Made by a program: the position numbers and the translations under genes. The notes under the pieces were generated by a model. It saw only the letters and a program-made list of their open reading frames with translations, was not told the DNA's origin and did not search any database. Positions 35,001 to 46,600 of a stretch of 64,000 bases of DNA are shown piece after piece. The stretch comes from Eledone cirrhosa. Its lineage: Eukaryota. The DNA lies in NCBI GenBank assembly GCA_964016885.1, contig OZ024743.1:131998001-132062000 (forward strand). The letters are read 5' to 3'. Position 1 is the stretch's first letter. The number at the start of each line of letters is the position of its first letter.

Positions 35001-38000
35001 TTTGGTGTTTGGTCTTTGGTGCTTGGTGTTTGGTGCTTGGTGCTTGGTGTTTGGTGTTTGGTGCTTGGTGTTTGGTGTTTGGTGCTTGGTGCTTGGTGCT
35101 TGGTGTTTGGTGTTTGGTGTTTGGTGCTTGGTGTCTGGTGCTTGGTGTTTGGTGTTTGGTGTTTGGTGCTTGGTGTTTGGTGTTTGGTGTTTGGTGCTTG
35201 GTGCTTGTTGCTTGGTACTTGGTGCTTGGTGTTTGGTGCTTGGTGCTTGGTGTTTGGTGCTGGGTGCTTGGTGTTTGGTGCTTGGTGCTTGGTGCTTGGT
35301 GTTTGGTGTTTGGTGCTTGGTGCTTGGTGCTTGGTGTTTGGTGTTTGGTGCTTGGTGTTTTATGCTTGGTGTTTGATGTTTGGTGCTTGGTGCTTGGTGT
35401 TTGGTGCTTGGTGCTTGGTGTTTGTACTTGGTGCTTGGTGCTTGGTTCTTGGTGTTTGGTGCTTGGTGCTTGGTGCTTGGTGCTTGGTGTTTGGTACTTG
35501 GTGTTTGGTGCTTGGTGTTTGGTGCTTGGTGCCTGGTGCTTGGTGCTTGGTGCTTGGTGTTTGGTGCTTGGTGTTTGGTGCTTGGTATTAGGTGTTTGGT
35601 GCTTGGTGCTTGGTGTTTGGTGTTTGGTGCTTGGTGTTTGGTGCTTGGTGCTTGGTGTTTGGTGTTTGGTGCTTGGTGTTTGGTGCTTGGTACTTGGTGC
35701 TTGGTGCTTGGTGTTAGGTGTTTGGTGCTTGGTGCTTGGTGTTTGGTGTTTGGTGCTTGCTGCTGGCTGCTTGGTGTTTGGTGCTTGGTGATTGGTGCTT
35801 GGTGTTTGGTGCTTGGTGTTTGGTGTTTGGTACTAGGTGCTTGGTGCTTGGTGTTTGGTGCTTGGTGCTTGGTGTTTGGTGTTTGGTGCTTGGTGCTTGG
35901 TGTTTGGTGCTTGGTGCTGGGTGCTGGGTGGTTGGTGTTTGGTGTTTGGTGTTTGGTGCTGGGTGCTTGGTGTTTGGTGCTTGGTGCTTGGTCTTTGGTG
36001 TTTGGTGTTTGGTGTTTGGTGCTTGGTGCTTGGTGCTTGGTGTTTGGTGCTTGGTGTTTGGTGTTTGGTGCTTGGTGCTTAGTGGTTGGTGCTAGGTGCT
36101 TGGGGTTTGGTGTTTGGTGCTTGGTGCTTGGTGTTTGGTGTTTGGTGCTTGGTGTTTGGTGTTTGGTGCTTGGTGCTTGGTGTTTGGTGTTTGGTGTTTG
36201 CTGTTTGGTGTTTGGTGTTTGGTGTTTGCTGTTTGGTGTCTGCTTTTTGGTGTTTGGTGTTGGCTGTATATTATTTGCTGTTTGGTGTTTGGTGTTTCGT
36301 GTTTGGTGCTTGGTGCTTGGTGTTTGGTGTTTGGTGCTTGGTGCTTGGAGTTTGGTGTTTGGTGCTTGGTGCTTGGTGTTTTGTGTTTGGTGTTTGGTTT
36401 TTGGTGCTTGGTGCTTGGTGCTTGTTGCTTGGTCCTTGGTGTTTGGTGCTTGGTGCTTGGTGTTTGTACTTGGTGCTTGGTGCTTGGTGTTTGGTTCTTG
36501 GTTCTTGGTGTTTGGTACTTGGTGCTTGGTGCTTGGTGCTTGGTGTTTGGTGTTTGGTGCTTGGTGTTTGGTGCTTGGTGCTTGGTGCTTGGTGTTAGGT
36601 GTTTGGTGCTTGGTGCTTGGTGTTTGGTGCTTGGTGTTTGGTGTTTGCTGTTTGGTGTTTGGTGCTTGGTGTTTGGTGTTTGCTGTTTGGTGTCTGCTTT
36701 TTGGTGTTTGGTGTTTGCTGTATGGTGTTTGCTGTTTCGTGTTTGGTGTTTGCTGTTTGGTGTTTGGTGTTTGCTGTTTGGTGTTTGGTCTTTGGTGCTT
36801 GGTGTTTGGTGCTTGGTGCTTGGTGTTTGGTGTTTGGTGCTTGGTGCTTGGTGCTTCGTGTTTGGTGTTTGGTGCTTGGTGTCTGGAGCTTGGTGTTTGG
36901 TGTTTGGTGCTTGGTGTTTGGTGTTTGGTGCTTGGTGCTTGGTGTTTGGTGCTTGGTGCTTGGTGTTTGTACTTGGTGCTTGGTGCTTGGTGTTTGGGGC
37001 TTGGTTCTTGGTGTTTGGTGCTTGGTGTTTGGTGCTTGGTGCTTGGTGTTTGGTGGTTGGTGCTTGGTGTTTGGTGTTTGGTGCTTGGTGCTTGGTGCTT
37101 GGTGTTTGGTGTTTGGTGCTTGGTGCTTGGTGTTTGGTGTTTGGTTCTTGGTGCTTGGTATTTGGTGCTTGGTGCTTGCTGCTTGGTGTTTGGTGCTTGG
37201 TGATTGATGCTTGGTGTTTGATGCTTGGTGCTTGGTGTTTGGTTTTTGGTGCTAGGTGCTTGGTGCTTGGTGTTTGGTGCTTGGTGTTTGGTGTTTGCTG
37301 CTTGGTGCTTGGGGCTTGGTGTTTGGTACTTGGTGCTTGGTGCTTGGTGTTTGGTGCTTGGTGCTTGGTGTATGGTGTTTGGTGTTTGGTGCTTGGTGTT
37401 TGGTGTTTGGTGCTTGGTGCTTGGTGTTTGTTGCTTGGTACTTGGTACATGGTGTTTGGTGCTGGGTGCTTGGTGTTTGGTGCTTGGTGCTTGGTGTTTG
37501 GTGTTTGGTGCTTGGTGTTTGGTGTTTGGTGCTTGGTGCTTGGTGTTTGTTGCTTGGTACTTGGTGCATGGTGTTTGGTGCTGGGTGCTTGGTGTTTGGT
37601 GCTTGGTGTTTGGTGCTTGGTGCTTGGTGTTTGGTGTTTGGTGTTTGATGCTTGGTGTTTGATGCTTGGTGCTTGGTGCTTGGTGTTTGGTGCTTGGTGT
37701 TTGTACTTGGTGCTTGGTATTTTGTGCTTGGTTCTTTGTGTTTGGTGTTTGGTGCTTGGTGCTTGGTGCTTGGTGTTAGGTGTTTGGTGCTTGGTGCTTG
37801 GTGTTTGGTGTTTGGTCCTTGGTGCTTGGTGTTTAGTGCTTGGTGCTTGGTGTTTGTTGTTTGGTGCTTTCTGCTTGCTGCTTGGCGTTTGGTGCTTGGT
37901 GCTTGGTGCTTGGTGTTTGGTGTTTGGTGCTAGGTGCTTGGTGTTTGGTGTTTGGTGTTTGGTGCTTGGTGCTTGGTGTTTGGTGCTTGGTGCTTGGTGT

Positions 38001-38526
38001 TTGGTGTTTGGTGTTTGGTGCTTGGTGCTTGGTGTTTGGTGCTTGGTGCTTGGTGCTGGGTGGTTGGTATTTGGTGCTTGGTGCTTGGTGTTTGGTGCTT
38101 GGTGCTTGGTGCTTGGTGTTTGGTGCTTGGTGCTTGGTGCTTGGTCTTTGGTGCTTGGTGTTTGGTGCTTGGTGCTTGGTGCTTGGTGTTTGGTGCTTGG
38201 TGATTAGTGTTTGGTGCTTGGTGCTTGGGGTTTGGTGTTTGGTGCTTGGTACTTGGTGTTTGGTGCTTGGTGTTTGGTGTTTGCTGTTTGGTGTTTGGTG
38301 TTTGCTGTTTGCTGTTTGCTGTTTGCTTTTTGGTGTTTGGTGTTTGCTGTATGGTGTTTGCTGTTTGGTGTTTGGTGTTTGCTGTTTGGTGTTTGGTGTT
38401 TGCTGTTTGGTCTTTGGTGCTTGGTGTTTGGTGCTTGGTGCTTGGTGTTTGGTGTTTGGTGCTTGGTGCTTGGTGTTTGGTGTTTGTTGCTTGGTGCTTG
38501 GTGCTTGGTGTTTGGTGTTTGGTGTT
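29040..38526. repeat. Tandem duplication, period 4742 then 4735 bp, 2 copies
   Basis: ORF pairs 29056/33798 (+4742), then 30102/34837, 30645/35380, 31361/36096, 32917/37652 and 33472/38207 (+4735, loss of one heptamer). Shared 8-bp unit TTGGTTGT at about 29238/33980. Confidence 0.92.
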
Positions 38527-39639
38527 TCGTGCTTGGTGTCTGGTGCTTGGTGTTTGGTGTTTGGTGTTTGGTGCTTGGTGTTTGGTGTTTGGTGTTTGGT
38601 GCTTGGTGTTTGGTGTTTGGTGTTTGGTGTTTGGTGCTTGTTGCTTGGTGCTTGGTGCTTGGTGTTTGGTTCTTGGTTCTTGGTGTTTGGTACTTGGTGC
38701 TTGGTGTTTGGTGCTGGGTGCTTGGTGTTTGGTGCTTGGTGCTTGGTGCTTGCTGTTTGGTGTTTGGTGCTTGGTGCTTGGTGTTTGGTGTTTGGTGTTA
38801 TATGCTTGGTGTTTGATGCTTGGTGCTTGGTTCTTGGTGCTTGGTGCTTGGTGCTTGGTGCTTGGTGCTTGGTGCTTGTTGTTTGGTGCTTGGTGTTTGG
38901 TGCTTGGTGCCTGGTGCTTGGTGCTTGGTGCTTGGTGTTTGGTGCTTGGTGTTTGGTGCTTGGTGTTAGGTGTTTGGTGCTTGGTGCTTGGTGTTTGGTG
39001 TTTGGTGCTTGGTGTTTGGTGCTTGGTGCTTGGTGTATGGTGTTTGGTGCTTGGTGTTTGTTGCTTGGTACTTGGTGCTTGGTGCTTGGTGTTAGGTGTT
39101 TGGTGCTTGGTGCTTGGTGTTTGGTTTTTGGTGCTTGGTGCTTGGTGTTTGGTGTTTGGTGCTTGCTGCTGGCTGCTTGGTGTTTGGTGCTTGGTGATTG
39201 GTGCTTGGTGTTTGGTGCTTGGTGTTTGGTGTTTGGTACTAGGTGCTTGGTGTTTGGTGTTTGGTGCTTGGTGCTTGGTGTTTGGTGTTTCGTGTTTGGT
39301 GCTTGGTGCTTGGTGCTTGGTGCTGGGTGGTTGGTGTTTGGTGCTTGGTGATTAGTGTTTGGTGCTAGGTGCTTGGGGTTTGGTGTTTGGTGCTTGGTGC
39401 TTGGTGTTTGGTGCTTGGTGCTTGGTGTTTGGTGCTTGGTGCTTGGTGTTTGGTGCTTGGTGCTTGGTGCTGGGTGGTTGGTATTTGGTGATTGGTGCTT
39501 GGTGCTTGGTGTTTGGTGCTTGGTGCTTGGTGCTTGGTCTTTGGTGCTTGGTGTTTGGTGTTTGGTGCTTGGTGCTTTGTGTTTGGTGCTTGGTGATTAG
39601 TGTTTGGTGCTTGGTACTTGGTGTTTGGTGCTTGGTGTT

Positions 39640-42600
39640 TGGTGTTTGCTGTTTGGTGTTTGGTGTTTGGTGTTTGCTGTTTGGTGTCTGCTTTTTGGTG
39701 TTTGGTGTTTGCTGTATGGTGTTTGCTGTTTCGTGTTTGGTGTTTGCTGTTTGGTGTTTGGTGTTTGCTGTTTGGTGTTTGGTCTTTGGTGCTTGGTGTT
39801 TGGTGCTTGGTGCTTGGTGTTTGGTGTTTGGTGCTTGGTGCTTGGTGCTTGGTGTTTGGTGCTTGGTGTCTGGTGCTTGGTGTCTGGTGCTTGGTGTTTG
39901 GTGTTTGGTGTTTGGTGCTTGGTGTTTGGTGTTTGGTGTTTGGTGTTTGGTGCTTGTTGCTTGGTGCTTGGTGCTTGGTGTTTGGTGCTTGGTGCTTGGT
40001 GTTTGGTGCATGGTGCTTGGTGTTTGGTGCTTGGTGCTTGGTGCTTGGTGTTTGGTGTTTGGTGTTTGGTGTTATATGCTTAGTGTTTGATGCTTGGTGC
40101 TTGGTGCTTGGTGTTTGGTGTTTGGTCCTTGGTGTTTTATGCTTGGTGTTTGATGTTTGGTGCTTGGTGCTTGGTGTTTGGTGCTTGGTGCTTGGTGTTT
40201 GTACTTGGTGCTTGGTGCTTGGTTCTTGGTGTTTGGTGCTAGGTGCTTGGTGCTTGGTGTTTGGTGCTTGGTGTTTGGTGCTTGGTGTTTGGTGCTTGGT
40301 GCCTGGTGCTTGGTGCTTGGTCCTTGGTGTTTGGTGCTTGGTGTTTGCTGCTTGGTATTAGGTGTTTGGTGCTTGGTGCTTGGTGTTTGGTGTTTGGTGC
40401 TTGGTGTTTGGTGCTTGGTGTTTGGTGTTTGGTGCTAGGTGCTTGGTGTTTGGTGTTTGGTGTTTGATGCTTGGTGTTTGGTGCTTGGTGTTTGGTGCTT
40501 GGTGCTTGGGGCTTGGTGTTTGGTGCTTGGTGCTTGGTGCTTGGTGTTTGGTGCTTGGTGCTTGGTGTTTGGTGTTTGGTGTTTGGTGCTTGGTGCTTGG
40601 TGTTTGGTGCTTGGTGCTTGGTGCTGGGTGGTTCGTATTTGGTGCTTGGTGCTTGGTGTTTGGTGCTTGGTGCTTGGTGCTTGGTGTTTGGTGCTTGGTG
40701 CTTGGTGCTTGGTCTTTGGTGCTTGGTGTTTGGTGTTTGGTGCTTGGTGCTTTGTGTTTGGTGCTTGGTGATTAGTGTTTGGTGCTTGGTACTTGGTGTT
40801 TGGTGCTTGGTGTTAGGTGTTTGCTGTTTGGTGTTTGGTGTTTGGTGTTTGCTGTTTGGTGTCTGCTTTTTGGTGTTTGGTGTTTGCTGTATGGTGTTTG
40901 CTGTTTCGTGTCTGGTGTTTGCTGTTTGGTGTTTGGTGTTTGCTGTTTGGTGTTTGGTCTTTGGTGCTTGGTGTTTGGTGCTTGGTGCTTGGTGTTTGGT
41001 GTTTGGTGCTTGGTGTTTGGTGTTTGGTGCTTGGTGCTTGGTGCTTGGTGTTTGGTGCTTGGTGTCTGGTGCTTGGTGTCTGGTGCTTGGTGTTTGGTGT
41101 TTGGTGTTTGGTGCTTGGTGTTTGGTGTTTGGTGTTTGGTGTTTGGTGCTTGTTGCTTGGTGCTTGGTGCTTGGTGTTTGGTGCTTGGTGCTTGGTGTTT
41201 GGTGCTGGGTGCTTGGTGTTTGGTGCTTGGTGCTTGGTGTTTGGTGTTTGGTGCTTGGTGCTTGGTGTTTGGTGTTTGGTGTTATATGCTTGGTGTTTGG
41301 TGCTTGGTGCTTGGTGTTTGGTGTTTGGTTCTTGATGCTTGGTATTTGGTGCTTGGTGCTTGCTGCTTGGTGTTTGGTGCTTGGTGATTGATGCTTGGTG
41401 TTTGGTGCTTGGTGCTTGGTGTTTGGTTTTTGGTGCTAGGTGCTTGGTGCTTGGTGTTTGGTGCTTGGTGTTTGGTGTTTGGTGCTTGGTGCTTGGTGTT
41501 TGGTACTTGGTGCTTGGAGCTTGGTGTTTGGTGCTTAGTGCTTGGTGTTTGGTGTTTGGTGTTTGGTGCTTGGTGCTTGGTGTTTGGTGCTTGGTGCTTG
41601 GTGCTGGGTGGTTGGTGTTTGGTGCTTGGTGTTAGGTGTTTGCTGTTTGGTGTTTGGTGTTTGGTGTTTGCTGTTTGGTGTCTGCTTTTTGGTGTTTGGT
41701 GTTTGCTGTATGGTGTTTGCTGTTTCGTGTTTGGTGTTTGCTGTTTGGTGTTTGGTGTTTGCTGTTTGGTGTTTGGTCTTTGGTGCTTGGTGTTTGGTGC
41801 TTGGTGCTTGGTGTTTGGTGTTTGGTGCTTGGTGCTTGGTGCTTGGTGTTTGGTGCTTGGTGTCTGGTGCTTGGTGTCTGGTGCTTGGTGTTTGGTGTTT
41901 GGTGTTTGGTGCTTGGTGTTTGGTGTTTGGTGTTTGGTGTTTGGTGCTTGTTGCTTGGTGCTTGGTGCTTGGTGTTTGGTGCTTGGTGCTTGGTGTTTGG
42001 TGCTGGGTGCTTGGTGTTTGGTGCTTGGTGCTTGGTGCTTGGTGTTTGGTGTTTGGTGTTTGGTGTTGTATGCTTAGTGTTTGATGCTTGGTGCTTGGTG
42101 CTTGGTGTTTGGTGTTTGGTCTTTGGTGTTTTATGCTTGGTGTTTGATGTTTGGTGCTTGGTGCTTGGTGTTTGGTGCTTGGTGCTTGGTGTTTGTACTT
42201 GGTGCTTGGTGCTTGGTTCTTGGTGTTTGGTGCTTGGTGCTTGGTGCTTGGTGCTTGGTGTTTGGTGCTTGGTGTTTGGTGCTTGGTGTTTGGTGCTTGG
42301 TGCCTGGTGCTTTGTGCTTGGTCCTTGGTGTTTGGTGCTTGGTGTTTGCTGCTTGGTATTAGGTGTTTGGTGCTTGGTGCTTGGTGTTTGGTGTTTGGTG
42401 CTTGGTGTTTGGTGCTTGGTGTTTGGTGTTTGGTGCTAGGTGCTTGGTGTTTGGTGTTTGGTGTTTGATGCTTGGTGTTTGGTGCTTGGTGTTTGGTGCT
42501 TGGTGCTTGGGGCTTGGTGTTTGGTGCTTGGTGCTTGGTGCTTGGTGTTTGGTGCTTGGTGCTTGGTGTTTGGTGTTTGGTGTTTGGTGCTTGGTGCTTG

Positions 42601-43632
42601 GTGTTTGGTGCTTGGTGCTTGGTGCTGGGTGGTTGGTATTTGGTGCTTGGTGCTTGGTGTTTGGTGCTTGGTGCTTGGTGCTTGGTGTTTGGTGCTTGGT
42701 GCTTGGTGCTTGGTCTTTGGTGCTTGGTGTTTGGTGTTTGGTGCTTGGTGCTTTGTGTTTGGTGCTTGGTGATTAGTGTTTGGTGCTTGGTACTTGGTGT
42801 TTGGTGCTTGGTGTTAGGTGTTTGCTGTTTGGTGTTTGGTGTTTGGTGTTTGCTGTTTGGTGTCTGCTTTTTGGTGTTTGGTGTTTGCTGTATGGTGTTT
42901 GCTGTTTCGTGTCTGGTGTTTGCTGTTTGGTGTTTGGTGTTTGCTGTTTGGTGTTTGGTCTTTGGTGCTTGGTGTTTGGTGCTTGGTGCTTGGTGTTTGG
43001 TGTTTGGTGCTTGGTGTTCGGTGTTTGGTGCTTGGTGCTTGGTGCTTGGTGTTTGGTGCTTGGTGTCTGGTGCTTGGTGTCTGGTGCTTGGTGTTTGGTG
43101 TTTGGTGTTTGGTGCTTGGTGTTTGGTGTTTGGTGTTTGGTGTTTGGTGCTTGTTGCTTGGTGCTTGGTGCTTGGTGTTTGGTGCTTGGTGCTTGGTGTT
43201 TGGTGCTGGGTGCTTGGTGTTTGGTGCTTGGTGCTTGGTGTTTGGTGTTTGGTGCTTGGTGCTTGGTGTTTGGTGTTTGGTGTTATATGCTTGGTGTTTG
43301 GTGCTTGGTGCTTGGTGTTTGGTGTTTGGTTCTTGATGCTTGGTATTTGGTGCTTGGTGCTTGCTGCTTGGTGTTTGGTGCTTGGTGATTGATGCTTGGT
43401 GTTTGGTGCTTGGTGCTTGGTGTTTGGTTTTTGGTGCTAGGTGCTTGGTGCTTGGTGTTTGGTGCTTGGTGTTTGGTGTTTGGTGCTTGGTGCTTGGTGT
43501 TTGGTACTTGGTGCTTGGAGCTTGGTGTTTGGTGCTTAGTGCTTGGTGTTTGGTGTTTGGTGTTTGGTGCTTGGTGCTTGGTGTTTGGTGCTTGGTGCTT
43601 GGTGCTGGGTGGTTGGTGTTTGGTGCTTGGTG
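39640..43632. repeat. Tandem duplication, period 1994 then 2001 bp, 2 copies
   Basis: ORF pairs 40157/42151 (+1994), then 40362/42363, 40471/42472, 40779/42780 and 41388/43389 (+2001). Confidence 0.9.
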
Positions 43633-46600
43633 CTTGGTGTTTCGTGCTAGGTGCATGGTGCTTGGTGTTTGGTGCTTGGTGCTTGGTGCTTGGTCTTTGG
43701 TGTTTGGTGTTTATTGCTTGGTGCTTGGTGCTTGGTGCTTGGTGCTTGGTCCTTGGTGTTTGGTGCTTGGTGCTTGGTGCTTCGTGTTTGGTGTTTGGTG
43801 CTTGGTGCTTGGTGCTTCGTGTTTGGTGTTTGGTGCTTGGTGTCTGGAGCTTGGTGTTTGGTGTTTGGTGCTTGGTGTTTGGTGTTTGGTGCTTGGTGCT
43901 TGGTGTTTGGTGCTTGGTGCTTGGTGTTTGTACTTGGTGCTTGGTGCTTGGTGTTTGGTGCTTGGTTCTTGGTGTTTGGTGCTTGGTGTTTGGAGCTTGG
44001 TGCTTGGTGTTTGGTGCTTGGTGCTTGGTGTTTGTACTTGGTGCTTGGTGCTTGGTGTTTGGTGCTTGGTTCTTGGTGTTTGGTGCTTGGTGTTTGGAGC
44101 TTGGTGCTTGGTGTTTGGTGCTTGGTGCTTGGTGTTTGGTGTTTGGTGCTTGGTGCTTGGTGTTTGGTGTTTGGTGCTTAGTGTTTGGTGTTTGGTGCTT
44201 GGTGCTTGGTGTTTGTTGCTTGGTACTTGGTGCATGGTGTTTGGTGCTGGGTGCTTGGTGTTTGGTGCTTGGTGTTTGGTGCTTGGTGCTTGGTGTTTGG
44301 TGTTTGGTGTTTGATGCTTGGTGTTTTATGCTTGGTGCTTGGTGTTTGGTGCTTGGTGTTTGTACTTGGTGCTTGGTGCTTGGTGTTTTGTGCTTGGTTC
44401 TTGGTGTTTGGTGTTTGGTGCTTTGTACTTGGTGCTTGGTGTTAGGTGTTTGGTGCTTGGTGCTTGGTGTTTGGTGTTTGGTCCTTGGTGCTTGGTGCTT
44501 GGTGTTTAGTGCTTGGTGCTTGGTGTTTGTTGTTTGGTGCTTTCTGTTTGCTGCTTGGTGTTTGCTGCTTGGTGCTTGGTGCTTGGTGTTTGGTGTTTGG
44601 TGCTAGGTGCTTGGTGTTTGGTGTTTGGTGTTTGATGCTTGGTGTTTGGTGCTTTGTGTTTGGTGCTTGGTGCTTGGGGCTTGGTGTTTGGTGCTTGGTG
44701 CTTGGTGCTTGGTGTTTGGTGCTTGGTGCTTGGTGTTTGGTGTTTGGTGTTTGGTGCTTGGTGCTTGGTGTTTGGTGCTTGGTGCTTGGTGCTGGGTGGT
44801 TGGTATTTGGTGATTGGTGCTTGGTGCTTGGTGTTTGGTGCTTGGTGCTTGGTGCTTGGTCTTTGGTGCTTGGTGTTTGGTGTTTGGTGCTTGGTGCTTT
44901 GTGTTTGGTGCTTGGTGATTAGTGTTTGGTGCTTGGTACTTGGTGTTTGGTGCTTGGTGTTTGGTGTTTGCTGTTTGGTGTTTGGTGTTTGGTGTTTGCT
45001 GTTTGGTGTCTGCTTTTTGGTGTTTGGTGTTTGCTGTATGGTGTTTGCTGTTTCGTGTTTGGTGTTTGCTGTTTGGTGTTTGGTGTTTGCTGTTTGGTGT
45101 TTGGTCTTTGGTGCTTGGTGTTTGGTGCTTGGTGCTTGGTGTTTGGTGTTTGGTGCTTGGTGCTTGGTGCTTGGTGTTTGGTGCTTGGTGTCTGGTGCTT
45201 GGTGTCTGGTGCTTGGTGTTTGGTGTTTGGTGTTTGGTGCTTGGTGTTTGGTGTTTGGTGTTTGGTGCTTGGTGCTTGTTGCTTGGTGCTTGGTGCTTGG
45301 TGTTTGGTGCTTGGTGCTTGGTGTTTGGTGCTGGGTGCTTGGTGTTTGGTGCTTGGTGCTTGGTGCTTGGTGTTTGGTGTTTGGTGTTTGGTGTTATATG
45401 CTTGGTGGTGTTTGATGCTTGGTGCTTGGTGCTTGGTGTTTGGTGTTTGGTCCTTGGTGTTTTATGCTTGGTGTTTGATGTTTGGTGCTTGGTGCTTGGT
45501 GTTTGGTGCTTGGTGCTTGGTGTTTGTACTTGGTGCTTGGTGCTTGGTTCTTGGTGTTTGGTGCTTGGTGCTTGGTGCTTGGTGCTTGGTGTTTGGTGCT
45601 TGGTGTTTGGTGCTTGGTGTTTGGTGCTTGGTGCCTGGTGCTTGGTGCTTGGTCCTTGGTGTTTGGTGCTTGGTGTTTGCTGCTTGGTATTAGGTGTTTG
45701 GTGCTTGGTGCTTGGTGTTTGGTGTTTGGTGCTTGGTGTTTGGTGCTTGGTGTTTGGTGTTTGGTGCTAGGTGCTTGGTGTTTGGTGTTTGGTGTTTGAT
45801 GCTTGGTGTTTGGTGCTTGGTGTTTGGTGCTTGGTGCTTGGGGCTTGGTGTTTGGTGCTTGGTGCTTGGTGCTTGGTGTTTGGTGCTTGGTGCTTGGTGT
45901 TTGGTGTTTGGTGTTTGGTGCTTGGTGCTTGGTGTTTGGTGCTTGGTGCTTGGTGCTGGGTGGTTGGTATTTGGTGCTTGGTGCTTGGTGTTTGGTGCTT
46001 GGTGCTTGGTGCTTGGTGTTTGGTGCTTGGTGCTTGGTGCTTGGTCTTTGGTGCTTGGTGTTTGGTGTTTGGTGCTTGGTGCTTTGTGTTTGGTGCTTGG
46101 TGATTAGTGTTTGGTGCTTGGTACTTGGTGTTTGGTGCTTGGTGTTGGGTGTTTGCTGTTTGGTGTTTGGTGTTTGGTGTTTGCTGTTTGGTGTCTGCTT
46201 TTTGGTGTTTGGTGTTTGCTGTATGGTGTTTGCTGTTTCGTGTCTGGTGTTTGCTGTTTGGTGTTTGGTGTTTGCTGTTTGGTGTTTGGTCTTTGGTGCT
46301 TGGTGTTTGGTGCTTGGTGCTTGGTGTTTGGTGTTTGGTGCTTGGTGTTTGGTGTTTGGTGCTTGGTGCTTGGTGCTTGGTGTTTGGTGCTTGGTGTCTG
46401 GTGCTTGGTGTCTGGTGCTTGGTGTTTGGTGTTTGGTGTTTGGTGTTTGGTGCTTGTTGCTTGGTGCTTGGTGCTTGGTGTTTGGTGCTTGGTGCTTGGT
46501 GTTTGGTGCTTGGTGTTTGGTGCTTGGTGTTTGGTGTTTGGTGTTTGGTGTTTGGTGCTTGTTGCTTGGTGCTTGGTGCTTGGTGTTTGGTGCTTGGTGC

